From a virus, in IMG/VR virus record IMGVR_UViG_3300006153_000339, positions 2,836 through 66,835 of that record: a stretch of 64,000 nucleotides of DNA; one strand, 5' to 3'. The position numbers and the translations under genes are program-made. Shown here one piece after another: positions 19,685 to 28,554 of the stretch (its first letter is position 1; each line of letters opens with the position of its first letter). The notes beneath the pieces were generated by a model. The model made no database searches, had not been told where the DNA came from, and saw only the letters and a program-made list of their open reading frames with translations.

Positions 19685-19942
19685 TTCGTAGTGCGTCCAC
19701 ATCCTGAGAATCTTCACGATCCTCTTCTCCTGGTCAATTGAGTAGACCAGCCGGTGCTGGATGTTGATCCTCCGGGAATAGAACCCGGCCAGATCTCCCA
19801 CCAGTTTCTCGTAGGGCGGCGGGCTCTGGAACGGGTCCCTTGCAAGCACCGCCAACAGCGCCTTTGCTCTCACCTCCAGCCCCGCCTGTGCAATCAGACG
19901 CCGGTCCTTCATCGCCTGCTTTGTCAACAGAATCTGGTACAT
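19682..19942 (-). CDS. yoeB: Txe/YoeB-family toxin
   Basis: PPPYEKLVGDLAGFYSRRINIQHRLVY...WTHYE. Confidence 0.93.
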   Translation of the reverse strand: MYQILLTKQAMKDRRLIAQAGLEVRAKALLAVLARDPFQSPPPYEKLVGDLAGFYSRRINIQHRLVYSIDQEKRIVKILRMWTHYE

Positions 19943-20193
19943 CACCACGCCTCGCCGGGATCATACGGCACGCAGTCCTCCAGCGGCTCGGCCTGGGCGG
20001 CCTTGATGCTGTCAGCCATGCCGGGGATCGAGCACAGATGCACCGTCTCCAGCAAGCCTTTGTAGTCCTCCTCGCTCATGAGAACCGCATTTCCGCTCTT
20101 GGTGGTCACATTGACGACTTCTCCGTAAGTGACCGCCTGCTCCACAAATCCGAACACATTTTTGCGGAACGCGGTGATATTCGTATTCGTCAT
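19942..20193 (-). CDS. yefM: Phd/YefM-family antitoxin
   Basis: GNAVLMSEEDYKGLLETVHL. Confidence 0.92.
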   Translation of the reverse strand: MTNTNITAFRKNVFGFVEQAVTYGEVVNVTTKSGNAVLMSEEDYKGLLETVHLCSIPGMADSIKAAQAEPLEDCVPYDPGEAW

Positions 20194-20218
20194 GCCCTGC
20201 ACCTCCTGCTGTATTATA

Positions 20219-20252
20219 TGTACAGTATAGCGTACATATCCGCGCGTGTCAA
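20219..20252 (-). promoter_or_regulatory. yefM-yoeB promoter/operator
   Basis: TTGACA-17 nt-TATACT on the minus strand with a TGTACA palindrome. Confidence 0.85.
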
Positions 20253-20279
20253 GAGATTTTCAATGGGGGCGATCCTGTC

Positions 20280-20858
20280 ATGTTCCAACTCTACGCAGAC
20301 AAAGTCAAACTGGCCGTCCGCCGGCGGGAGCCGGTCACCAGCGGCTCGGTCGACGTCTACCCGGTGCACTTCGCCTTCTCCGACGACTGGGCAGACCTGA
20401 CGAAGACGGCGACCTTCAAGGCCGGCGCGGCTTCCTGCTCCGTCCTGCTGGACGACACCGGCCAGTGCGCCGTCCCCTGGGAGGTCCTCACCGTCCCCGG
20501 CCGGCAGCTGAGCGCCGGCGTCTGCGGTGTCCGGGACGGCCGCGTGGTCCTGCCCACCGTCTGGGCGAATCTGGGCACCGTCCTGGAGGGCGCACTCCCC
20601 AGTGAGACCGCCCGGCCGCCCACGCCGGGCCTTTACGAGCAAATTCTGAAGCAGTTGTCAGACCTTCGGGAACAGGTGGAGGGCGCTGACCGCCCCGGTA
20701 TCGCCACCGATGAGGAGAGCGCAGAGATGCTCACCGAAGTCTTCGGCACGCCGGAGGAGCCGCCGGACGCCATCGCCACCGACGAGGAAATCAGCGAGAT
20801 GCTCAACGAGGTCTTCCAAGATTCTGCGGTACAGAATCTGACTCTCGTCAGCAAATAA
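20280..20858 (+). CDS. Upper-baseplate (BppU-N-like) fibre anchor with two ATDEE..EML.EVF motifs
   Basis: F.FS.DW..L.K.A.F, C.VPWEVL, PPTP.LYEQ. Confidence 0.6.
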   Translation: MFQLYADKVKLAVRRREPVTSGSVDVYPVHFAFSDDWADLTKTATFKAGAASCSVLLDDTGQCAVPWEVLTVPGRQLSAGVCGVRDGRVVLPTVWANLGTVLEGALPSETARPPTPGLYEQILKQLSDLREQVEGADRPGIATDEESAEMLTEVFGTPEEPPDAIATDEEISEMLNEVFQDSAVQNLTLVSK

Positions 20859-20878
20859 ACATTTTGGAGGAAACAGAG

Positions 20879-21451
20879 ATGTCTTACAACGAAAGTAGCC
20901 TGTCCCGGTTGAAACACCTGAAGGACCTGGCCCAGCGGATCAAGGCGGACTACGCCACCAAGAAGAGCCTGAACGAGCTGAAGGATCAGGTGGATGGCCT
21001 GGTCACCGCCGGCGGCGAGCCCAACGTCCTGGAGTCCGTGAAGGTCAACGGCGAGGCCCTGCCCATCACCGACAAGGCGGTGGATGTGGGCACATCCATT
21101 GCCGCCGCCGTGGCGGCCGCGGACCACCTCCAGCGGAAGAAGGTGGCCAGCAAGGAGGCCATCGACCCCGCTGCGGAGGGCGCGGACAAGTTCATCTACA
21201 TGGTGCCCAAGACCGGTTCCGACGCAGATGACCAGTACGATGAGTACATGGTGCTGGACGGTGCGGTGGAGCACGTGGGCAATACCAAGGTGGACCTCTC
21301 CGGGAAGGTGGACAAGGTGGAGGGCAAGGTTCTCTCCTCCAACGACTACACCGATGAGGAGAAGGCCAAGCTGGCCAGCTTCGAGCTGGCCACCGACGCG
21401 GAGGTGACGGAGATGCTGGAGGAAGTATTTGGTACGGCCCAGACCGCATAA
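20879..21451 (+). CDS. Fibre-associated structural protein
   Basis: EPNVLESVKVNG, VDLSGKVDKVEGK.LSSNDYTDEEK.KL motifs. Confidence 0.65.
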   Translation: MSYNESSLSRLKHLKDLAQRIKADYATKKSLNELKDQVDGLVTAGGEPNVLESVKVNGEALPITDKAVDVGTSIAAAVAAADHLQRKKVASKEAIDPAAEGADKFIYMVPKTGSDADDQYDEYMVLDGAVEHVGNTKVDLSGKVDKVEGKVLSSNDYTDEEKAKLASFELATDAEVTEMLEEVFGTAQTA

Positions 21452-21499
21452 AAGCAGCAGTGGAGGGCCGGGGGACCGGCCCTCCACGGGAGGTGTACT

Positions 21500-21664
21500 A
21501 TGAATAAACTGACAAGCCTGGAGCAGCTGCGCGCGGCCTCTCTGGAGGCACAGGGCCTGATTGCAGAGGTAGCTGCTACGGCGGCGGATGCCATCGGGGA
21601 GGTGGAGTCCCAGCTGGGGAACGTAGGAGCTCTTCTGGATGAAATCAACGGGGAGGTGGTGTGA
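21500..21664 (+). CDS. Small fibre-associated protein (54 aa, ends LDEINGEVV)
   Basis: GGGAGGTG RBS, TGATG coupling. Confidence 0.7.
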   Translation: MNKLTSLEQLRAASLEAQGLIAEVAATAADAIGEVESQLGNVGALLDEINGEVV

Positions 21665-22140
21665 TGGGGACCATTGCGGATAAGCTGGCCCGCCTGCGAC
21701 AGACCAAGGCCGCTATCCGGGCCGCCCTGGTGCGGAAGGGCCAGAGCGTGGCGGAGGCCGCGCCCTTCTCCAGCTATGCAGCAAAAATCGATGCAATTCA
21801 GATTGGCGCCGACACCTCCGATGCTACCGCCACCGCCAAGGACATGGGGGTGGGGGCCACCGCCTACGTCAACGGCCAGAAGATCGAAGGGGTGGCCAAA
21901 GTGTACACAAAGACCGTCAGCTTCTCCAACCGGCCGCCCTCCGTGGACGCCTCCACCGGCCAGTTCAAGCTCATCAGCGCCGGGGCCACCGCCAACGGCT
22001 GGCTGTTCAAGCAGGGGGGCGCCCTGGCCCTGATGACCCCCATGAGCAACCTGGGGGACGCCACCGCTGCGGATGTGCGCAAGGGCAAGACCTTCACCAG
22101 TACAGCGGGTATCAAGGTCACCGGCACCGGAAATTTCTGA
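21664..22140 (+). CDS. Fibre-associated protein
   Basis: MGTIADKLARL..TK.AI, DATATA.D..G.TAYVNG motifs. Confidence 0.65.
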   Translation: MGTIADKLARLRQTKAAIRAALVRKGQSVAEAAPFSSYAAKIDAIQIGADTSDATATAKDMGVGATAYVNGQKIEGVAKVYTKTVSFSNRPPSVDASTGQFKLISAGATANGWLFKQGGALALMTPMSNLGDATAADVRKGKTFTSTAGIKVTGTGNF

Positions 22141-22165
22141 ATGAAAACAGAAACGGAAATGGACA

Positions 22166-22975
22166 ATGGAGAAATTGGTACTATTAAGGCATTTGCACTC
22201 TTGTGCGGATGCGATGAAAGCCTTTTGCAACAGGAAGACGGCGCAGGTTGCTGAAGCGGCAGCCCAGGATATTGCTGCCATGAATGCAGCGATCTCCGCC
22301 AAGCAAAACGCCCTGACCGGCCGTCCCGGCCAGGTGGTGGGGTTCGGCGCGGACGGCAAGCCGGAGGCCCAGGCCCCGCCGGCCACGGGCGTGACCAGCT
22401 TCAAGGCGCGCAGCGGGGCAGTGACGCCGCAGAAGGGGGACTACACCGCACAGCAGGTGGGGGCGCTGCCTATTACGGGCGGGACCATGGAGGGGGATGT
22501 TGAAATCCCGTGGGGGAAGAACGTCTCCTTCGGTTTGGATATTCCTGGGATTGGCGGCCTGGCGTTCTCGCCTGATCCTGACCGCAATATTGACAAGGCG
22601 CATTTCGGTTTTGTCGACGATGCAGACAGATGGGGCGAAGAGGTCGTCAGGATCGGCGGAATTGCCGTGCCCAAGTATAATGACGAGGTGGCCAATAAAA
22701 AATATGTTGATACTTTAAGACCTAGATTTTCCAGAGTAGCCGTAGGACCATCGTTTACTAATGTTCTCAATATGGCACCTTTCAATGCGGGAGTGGTTTT
22801 GGCTGCTCAAGCAGATAAGCATGGTTTCATATTTATGGGTGGCAGCGTGGAGGCTACTTTATACATTAATGGATCGCAGCAGTTTTCTATAACAGTGCGC
22901 AAGAACGGAGCATTTTTACAGGCTAAATCTGATGCTCGTCTAACTGATGTAACTTTTATATTCATCGGTATGTGA
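22166..22975 (+). CDS. Tail fibre-like protein
   Basis: VTSF..RSGAV.PQ.GDYTA.QVGALPITGGTM.G, ANKKYVD. Confidence 0.65.
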   Translation: MEKLVLLRHLHSCADAMKAFCNRKTAQVAEAAAQDIAAMNAAISAKQNALTGRPGQVVGFGADGKPEAQAPPATGVTSFKARSGAVTPQKGDYTAQQVGALPITGGTMEGDVEIPWGKNVSFGLDIPGIGGLAFSPDPDRNIDKAHFGFVDDADRWGEEVVRIGGIAVPKYNDEVANKKYVDTLRPRFSRVAVGPSFTNVLNMAPFNAGVVLAAQADKHGFIFMGGSVEATLYINGSQQFSITVRKNGAFLQAKSDARLTDVTFIFIGM

Positions 22976-23035
22976 CTGTCCTCGCCAGGAATGTCCTGGT
23001 CAGCGGTACGATTTGATACGAAGGAGGAATACAAA

Positions 23036-23521
23036 ATGGAACTCATCAACAAGCTCAAAGCCTTTACCGCCGCCCTGGTCGGGGCGCTGACGGCCCTGTG
23101 GGGCTGGCTGGGGTGGCTGGTGGCGGGGTGGCTCATCTGCATGGCCCTGGACTACCTCACCGGCTCCCTGGCAGCGGCCAAGGCCGGAAGCTGGGCCAGC
23201 GGCAAGGCCAGGGAGGGCATCTGGCACAAGTGCGGCATGGTCGTCGTGGTCCTGGTGGCCGCCGGCGCGGACCTGCTCATCGGCGCGGTGCTGACAAATC
23301 TGCCGGGGATCGCGCTGCCCTTCCAGTTCGGCGGGCTGGTACTGCCCATGGTGCTGGTCTGGTACATCATCACGGAGCTGGGGAGCATCGCAGAGAACGG
23401 GGTGTCCATGGGTGCGCCGGTGCCCCGGTGGCTGACAAAAATCCTGGAGATCGGCAAGGATGCCGTGGATCAGGCTGGGGACAAGCTGGCGGGAGAGGAG
23501 AATGACCATGCTCAACAGTAG
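23036..23521 (+). CDS. Holin (phage holin 4 family)
   Basis: Three hydrophobic segments, DYLTG, ELGSIAEN..MG.PVP. Confidence 0.9.
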   Translation: MELINKLKAFTAALVGALTALWGWLGWLVAGWLICMALDYLTGSLAAAKAGSWASGKAREGIWHKCGMVVVVLVAAGADLLIGAVLTNLPGIALPFQFGGLVLPMVLVWYIITELGSIAENGVSMGAPVPRWLTKILEIGKDAVDQAGDKLAGEENDHAQQ

Positions 23522-24176
23522 GGACGTGGGTCTGCTGCGCCCGGACGTGGCAGCCAACTGCCGCCTCTGGCTGGAACGGTGCAGGGCCGCTGGGCTCAAT
23601 GTACTCATCACCAACACCGTGCGGGACAAGGAGTACCAGACGTACCTGTACGCCCAGGGCCGCACCCGGCCGGGCAGCATTGTCACCAATGGCCGCACCC
23701 CCACCTTCCACAGCGACAAGGCGGGGCTGGCGTGGGACTTCTGCAGGAATGTGAAGGGCCACGAGTACGACGACACGGCTTTCTTCAGGAAAGCGGCGGG
23801 CATCGCAAAGGAGATGGGATTCTCCTGGGGCGGGGACTGGCGGAGCTTCCCGGACAGTCCCCACATCCAGTGGGACAACCACGGGCAGTGGACAAGCAGC
23901 ATGATTCTGGCGGGGAAGCTCCCGCCGGCGATGCCGCTGTATGAGAAGGAGGACGTTATGACGGGGAAAGAAATTCTTGCAGCTCTGACGGATGAGCAGG
24001 CCTATGCGCTGCTGAGCAAGGCCCAGCGCCACGCGGCGACGCTCCCCACGCCCAACTGGGCCAAAGAGGAGATGGAGGAGGCCGTGGCGGCGGGCGTGAC
24101 CAACGGGAAGAGCCCGATGGAGCTGGTTACCAGGTGCCAGGCCGCCATCATGGCCAACAACGCGAGGAAACAGTAA
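23508..24176 (+). CDS. Endolysin, M15 L-Ala-D-Glu peptidase with SLH-like C-terminus
   Basis: LYAQGRT.PG.IVTN, WGGDW.SFPD.PH. Confidence 0.9.
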   Translation: MLNSRDVGLLRPDVAANCRLWLERCRAAGLNVLITNTVRDKEYQTYLYAQGRTRPGSIVTNGRTPTFHSDKAGLAWDFCRNVKGHEYDDTAFFRKAAGIAKEMGFSWGGDWRSFPDSPHIQWDNHGQWTSSMILAGKLPPAMPLYEKEDVMTGKEILAALTDEQAYALLSKAQRHAATLPTPNWAKEEMEEAVAAGVTNGKSPMELVTRCQAAIMANNARKQ

Positions 24177-24179
24177 CAA

Positions 24180-24218
24180 GGCGGCCTCCGCAGGGAAACC
24201 TGCAGGGGCCGTCTTTTG
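24180..24218 (+). terminator. Terminator of the late operon
   Basis: GGCGGCCTC..GCAGG-GAAA-CCTGC..GGGGCCGTC-TTTT. Confidence 0.7.
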
Positions 24219-24222
24219 CTGT

Positions 24223-24426
24223 TCAGAACCTGGTGATAATCAGCGCCCGGCTGTACTCTTTCCACCCCAGCCGCTGGCCGCAGCGGTCACAGAATCGCTG
24301 ATACTCCCGCTCCATGGGGGAGCTGCACCGAGGGCAGATGGGGAAGTTATCCCCTGACCGGTACAGAGCCGCCTCTGTGACAGGCAGGGCCTGCCGGTAG
24401 CTCAAGGCCTCTACTCCCCGCTCCAT
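24223..24426 (-). CDS. Small zinc-ribbon protein
   Basis: CPRC...CDRCGQRL. Confidence 0.7.
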   Translation of the reverse strand: MERGVEALSYRQALPVTEAALYRSGDNFPICPRCSSPMEREYQRFCDRCGQRLGWKEYSRALIITRF

Positions 24427-24752
24427 AGCTTCACCATCTCCAGAAAGAGCTCCGCCATTTTCAGCCGCTTATCCTCCGGCAGCTCCGCTACGCCCTGGAC
24501 CGTGTCCAGCAGCAAGAGTGCGATCTCCCGGTGGTCCAGCTCTGCCAGACCGTTGGCCAGGACGGCGGGACTGATGCCCAAACGCTGGGCGATGTGGTTG
24601 ATGGTTGCCGTGCTGGGATTGCCCTCCCCCCTGCTGTAGCCGTAGAGTGCGGTGCGGGAGATGTCCAGTTCTTCCGCAAACTCCGACAGGGATAGTCGCC
24701 TCTGCTTCATGATCGTCCTGATGGAGACCGCCAGGCCCTCATTCAAATTCAT
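24411..24752 (-). CDS. XRE-family HTH regulator
   Basis: LSLSEFAEELDISRTAL...GNPS; paralogue of 25969-26349. Confidence 0.85.
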   Translation of the reverse strand: MNLNEGLAVSIRTIMKQRRLSLSEFAEELDISRTALYGYSRGEGNPSTATINHIAQRLGISPAVLANGLAELDHREIALLLLDTVQGVAELPEDKRLKMAELFLEMVKLWSGE

Positions 24753-24866
24753 GCCGGGACCCCCTTTCGCCATTATTTTACAGGATTCGACAGAAGGATG
24801 AAATTCCATTATCTTAGAAAATCGTGTCATCATATTGGCATAAGCGTGAAAAAAGAAGGCCGGGGA

Positions 24867-25103
24867 TCACTCCCCGACCTCCTTTTTGCCCTCTGTGCGG
24901 TCCTCAGAGACCCCAGGCGCGGCATTGTCCCGCTCCATGGTCTCGGTTATGGCCCGGTTAATGAAGCCGTTTACGGACTCGCTATGGGCCTCTGCGTGGG
25001 CCTGGACTTCTGCTTTACGCTCTTTGCTAACTCTAACCTTAATTTCGCCTTGCTTATCAATATATTTTTGATTGGCCCGCTTTCTGGATTCGCTTATAGG
25101 CAT
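24867..25103 (-). CDS. Ribbon-helix-helix (Arc-like) regulator
   Basis: KRANQKY...IKVRV...SVNGFINRAI. Confidence 0.78.
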   Translation of the reverse strand: MPISESRKRANQKYIDKQGEIKVRVSKERKAEVQAHAEAHSESVNGFINRAITETMERDNAAPGVSEDRTEGKKEVGE

Positions 25104-25144
25104 ACGGAACCTCCTTCCATCTGCATTATACCACCTCGCGGAAC

Positions 25145-25230
25145 ATGGGTACATACACAAAACCCACAAATGTATGGGTACATGTTTGTGCAGTTTACCT
25201 ATTGTAATGTATGGGTACATGTACTATAAT
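25145..25230. promoter_or_regulatory. Divergent promoter region with three ATGGGTACAT operator repeats
   Basis: Repeats at 25145, 25173 and 25211; TTGTAA-17 nt-TATAAT at 25202-25230. Confidence 0.8.
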
Positions 25231-25255
25231 AAAACCATGGAAAGGAGGTGAACAC

Positions 25256-25375
25256 ATGAGCAGGCAAAAAAAGAAGAGCGGCAAAGCCCAGCCTGACACG
25301 CTGATGAACCTCACCGCCGCTCTTCTAAACCTCATTACTGCGGTGCTCCTCTTAATTGAGAAGCTGACCGAGTAG
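25256..25375 (+). CDS. Type I toxin-like membrane peptide (39 aa)
   Basis: AAAGGAGGTG RBS; basic N-terminus plus hydrophobic helix LTAALLNLITAVLLLI. Confidence 0.75.
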   Translation: MSRQKKKSGKAQPDTLMNLTAALLNLITAVLLLIEKLTE

Positions 25376-25409
25376 CGAGGGGGAGGGGAGGGAAACCTCC
25401 CCCTCTCAT

Positions 25410-25438
25410 AGAATAACAAATTGCTTGTGTGATGTCAA
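25410..25438 (-). promoter_or_regulatory. Antisense promoter (putative RNA antitoxin)
   Basis: TTGACA-17 nt-TATTCT with extended TG, firing back across the hairpin and peptide gene. Confidence 0.7.
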
Positions 25439-25439
25439 T

Positions 25440-25523
25440 ATGAAAGATATTTTGATTTTCGGATTTATCGTAGCCAGCATCGTGCTCTCTGTGCTGGTCA
25501 TCAAGCGGAATCTGAAACGGTAG
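25440..25523 (+). CDS. Second hydrophobic peptide (27 aa, MKDILIFGFIVASIVLSVLVIKRNLKR)
   Basis: Single TM segment plus basic tail; no clear RBS. Confidence 0.55.
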   Translation: MKDILIFGFIVASIVLSVLVIKRNLKR

Positions 25524-25530
25524 TATGCTG

Positions 25531-25650
25531 CCTGACAACTGAATACGCCACCAACCAGTCGTATGGGTGGAGAAGTACCGCATTAAGCGTACCAGGCCCA
25601 TACAGGCAGGCTCCAGGTCAACCCAAGATACAAGCCGGACTGGTTGGAAG
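25531..25650 (+). ncRNA. Structured ncRNA candidate (possibly skipping-rope-like)
   Basis: CCAACCAGTC/GACTGGTTGG closing stem, nested GTATGGG/CCCATAC stem, preceded by boxA-like TGACAACTGAATA. Confidence 0.55.
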
Positions 25651-25679
25651 GATGGTAGAATTTAGAAAGGACAATAACA

Positions 25680-25892
25680 ATGACTACAACAGAACTCAAA
25701 GACGCAACGTACCAGGCTCTAACTGGATCCTTGCCTATATGCCTTAACTGTGCATATTTCACTCAGCACTATTTAGCAGTAGATGAAACTGCAACGTCAT
25801 TTGTTCCTTGCAACTACGGCCATTGTACCTATATCACAGCAAAATTCAAACGGGCACAAGGCACTTGCAAAAATTTTACCACGCAGCGCTGA
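25680..25892 (+). CDS. Cys-rich small protein, paralogue of 32852-33088
   Basis: PICLNCAYFTQHYL...FVPCNYGHC...TCKNF. Confidence 0.8.
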   Translation: MTTTELKDATYQALTGSLPICLNCAYFTQHYLAVDETATSFVPCNYGHCTYITAKFKRAQGTCKNFTTQR

Positions 25893-25968
25893 CCAAGCAG
25901 ATTCCCGGTCAGATCGGCCTGTGGGACGGACCGTTACTGGAGTAGTAAGAGAAGAGAGGCCGGGGAGG

Positions 25969-26349
25969 TCACTCCCCGGCCTGTTCTTTCAATTCTTGTA
26001 AATCCTGTTCTGTTTGCATCTCTGCAAAAATGGCCGCTATGGCGAGAAGGTGTTGAACGCACACCTCACGCCTGTCTGGCGGCAGGCTGCTCAGCAAATG
26101 GGCGGCACCCACCATGGTCTCCGCCTGCTCTCCACCTGGGAGTGGGTCGGAGACCAGTTGTGTTATAGAGAGCCCGCAGCCCTCCGCCAGCAGCTCCAGT
26201 GTATCGGCCCGCGGGTTGCCCTTGCCCTTCAGATAGATCTGGACCGCGGATTTTGTGATCCCCAGTTCGTCAGAGAACTCCTGGATAGACAGGTGTCTCT
26301 CCTGCTTAATCTTCTGCATCGCTCTAGCAATATTGCCATTGATTGGCAT
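25969..26349 (-). CDS. XRE-family HTH regulator
   Basis: LSIQEFSDELGITKSAV...GNPRADTLELLA. Confidence 0.85.
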   Translation of the reverse strand: MPINGNIARAMQKIKQERHLSIQEFSDELGITKSAVQIYLKGKGNPRADTLELLAEGCGLSITQLVSDPLPGGEQAETMVGAAHLLSSLPPDRREVCVQHLLAIAAIFAEMQTEQDLQELKEQAGE

Positions 26350-26497
26350 GATGTCCTCCTCTATGCGTGATTTGATACTCCATCCAGCTATTAGAGGGGG
26401 ACCCCGATTACGGGGAGGGCTCTTGTTTCCTAAGCACATAGCAGCAACTCCTTTTTAAAGTCGTTGGAGCTGCTGTCGCTTTTTAATACAAAAAAGA

Positions 26498-26517
26498 TTT
26501 AATCCTGAAGGATTAAA
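26498..26517. other. Candidate serine-integrase att crossover site
   Basis: TTTAATCCT-GA-AGGATTAAA perfect inverted repeat with a 2-bp centre, just past the integrase stop. Confidence 0.5.
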
Positions 26518-26544
26518 AGTCTTATGTAATAACAGCTCCAAAAA

Positions 26545-27927
26545 TTAACCTCGAAATCTGACTTCGATTTTCCGATCTGGACCGATGAGTATCTGTTCGA
26601 TTCCGACACGCCAAAATGCCTGCTTATCCTCCCTGCTCAGTTGGCTGTACATTTCCTGCCAACCGTCAAAGAAGATCTCCCAAAGTCTCCCTGCATCTGA
26701 CGGCCTGGAAGGCATCGCGCTCTCTTCGCTTATCAGCTCATCCAACTTCGCGTGCAGCGCCTCGTAGTCCTTCCGGTACAGCTCCAGGTCGATTATATCA
26801 TCTACATACAGGTCTTTCAAGCGCAGCAGTTTCTTATTTATCTTTTTTCTCTCGGCGTCGAAGTCCTTGGGCTGGGGAGCGGCCGCCGCCGCCAGCTCCA
26901 GCTCATAGCTGTACCGGGCCAGTTCATCCCCCAGGTTCTCCAAAAGATACGTCTCGATCGCCGCCTCGCGGATATTGACATGGTTGGAACAGTCGTTGTG
27001 GTGGTACCGGCCCGGACAGTTGTAGGCGATACACTCCCGCCGTCCCCCCTGCCGTGTGTAGTACATGTGGGCCCTGGACCCGAACCGCCGCCCGCATTGG
27101 GCGCAGAACACAAGCCCCGTGAAGAGATACGTGCGGTTCTCCTCCGTACGGCGCTCTGTACGGCGGCGGCCGGCCTGGATCTGACTGTACTGCTCCTGTG
27201 TGATATAAGCCGGGCACATCCCCTCTACCCCGCTGAAATAGCCGTAGTAGGCCGTCTTGGTCAGCATCGCACTGGCCAGCTGATAGGACAGCGTGACCCC
27301 CTGCTCCAGCGCCGCCGCGCGGGCCCGTTCCACGGAGCGGTAGGTCAGGAAGCTCTCGAAAAAGGCCGTCACTCCCGCCTCTGTCTCCGGGTCCTTGACA
27401 ATCTTCTTCCCCTCAATCTTATAGCCCGTGGGCACGTGGCCGCTACACGGCTCCCGGCGCTCCCGCTTGGACTCCATGACGGCCCGGATGCGCTCACTGT
27501 CCCGGTCCGCCTCGTCCTGGGCAACCGACAAAAGGATGTTGATTTTCAGCCGCCCGGATGCCGTGGAAGTGTCGTAGTCCTCCTGGATCGTTTTCCAGTT
27601 TACATGACAGCTTTCAAGAACCGACTGGACCTTATAGTATTCGGAAATATTTCTAAACCATCTATCCAGCTTCGTGAAAATGATCAGGTCAATCTTCCCC
27701 GCCTTTGTGTCCTCCAACAGCTGGACCATGGCGGGGCGCTTGTTGTAAGGCTTCCGGGCAGAAAACCCGGCGTCATTATAGAAAGCGGCTATTTTTACCC
27801 CATTTTTATCTGCCCAGGACTGCAATGCCGCGGTTTGCGCGTCAATAGAGAGCCCATGGAGCCGCTGCTCATCTGTGGAGACTCTCACATAGGCTGCAAT
27901 TCTGGTTGTCGAAGAAATCTCTCCCAT
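26545..27927 (-). CDS. Large serine recombinase (integrase)
   Basis: YVRVSTDEQ, LDRWFRN, zinc ribbon CAQCG...C..C, coiled coil. Confidence 0.95.
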   Translation of the reverse strand: MGEISSTTRIAAYVRVSTDEQRLHGLSIDAQTAALQSWADKNGVKIAAFYNDAGFSARKPYNKRPAMVQLLEDTKAGKIDLIIFTKLDRWFRNISEYYKVQSVLESCHVNWKTIQEDYDTSTASGRLKINILLSVAQDEADRDSERIRAVMESKRERREPCSGHVPTGYKIEGKKIVKDPETEAGVTAFFESFLTYRSVERARAAALEQGVTLSYQLASAMLTKTAYYGYFSGVEGMCPAYITQEQYSQIQAGRRRTERRTEENRTYLFTGLVFCAQCGRRFGSRAHMYYTRQGGRRECIAYNCPGRYHHNDCSNHVNIREAAIETYLLENLGDELARYSYELELAAAAAPQPKDFDAERKKINKKLLRLKDLYVDDIIDLELYRKDYEALHAKLDELISEESAMPSRPSDAGRLWEIFFDGWQEMYSQLSREDKQAFWRVGIEQILIGPDRKIEVRFRG

Positions 27928-27957
27928 GCCCCACCTCCTGAATGGTACTCCCCCTCA

Positions 27958-28527
27958 TCAGAGCAGATCCCCGAAGACATCCTCCAGACGGATGGGAAGA
28001 TCGTCGTACAGATGGCACCGGAACTCCTTGACCAGCGCGGCCTGCTCCTCCTCGGTCAGGGCCTCCAGCATCTCCGCAGAGTAGCGGGTATAGATGTTGT
28101 CCAGCACATACCGCCCCTCCTGCAGCAGGTAGACCTCAATGGACTGGCCGGCGGGGTCCACAATCCAGTACTCCGGGACGCCGCTGGCCTCGTAGGCGTT
28201 CTTTTTTTGCCACCTGTCGTTTTTGGCTGTCCTGGGGGAGAGCACCTCCCAGACGAGGTTCGGCGCTCCCTCCACCCAGTTGGGCTTGATCTTGTCCCGG
28301 TCGCAGACGACCATGCCGTCGGGGATAAAATGGTTTTTGTTCGACAGGCGCAGGTCGAAACCATCTGGGATGGCCCGGCATGTTTTCCCACGCAGGTAGT
28401 TGAAAAAGATGTTGTAAATGCTGCCCGAAACAGAAACATGATTCCACGCCGGGCTGGGAGACATCATCACGATTTTCCCGTTGATGAGCTCCTCCCTGTA
28501 CTCCCCCTGATAAGCCAGATTGTTCAT
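27958..28527 (-). CDS. Uma2-family PD-(D/E)xK endonuclease
   Basis: ELING.IVMMSPSP..H, PD..V.C, P.LV.EVLSP.T..D..K..Y...GVPEYWIVDP. Confidence 0.92.
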   Translation of the reverse strand: MNNLAYQGEYREELINGKIVMMSPSPAWNHVSVSGSIYNIFFNYLRGKTCRAIPDGFDLRLSNKNHFIPDGMVVCDRDKIKPNWVEGAPNLVWEVLSPRTAKNDRWQKKNAYEASGVPEYWIVDPAGQSIEVYLLQEGRYVLDNIYTRYSAEMLEALTEEEQAALVKEFRCHLYDDLPIRLEDVFGDLL

Positions 28528-28554
28528 TGAAATCTCCTTTCTGCTCAAATACTT

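Larger units (their letters stand above)
1..24218 (+). mobile_element. Prophage 1 late region, contractile-tailed PBSX/Xkd-like; left part lies outside the window
   Basis: Co-directional, translationally coupled head, sheath, tube, baseplate, fibre and lysis genes. Confidence 0.93.

Noticed and set aside
17303..22975. Diversity-generating retroelement
   Set aside because: No reverse transcriptase and no adenine-specific template/variable repeat pair seen in the window
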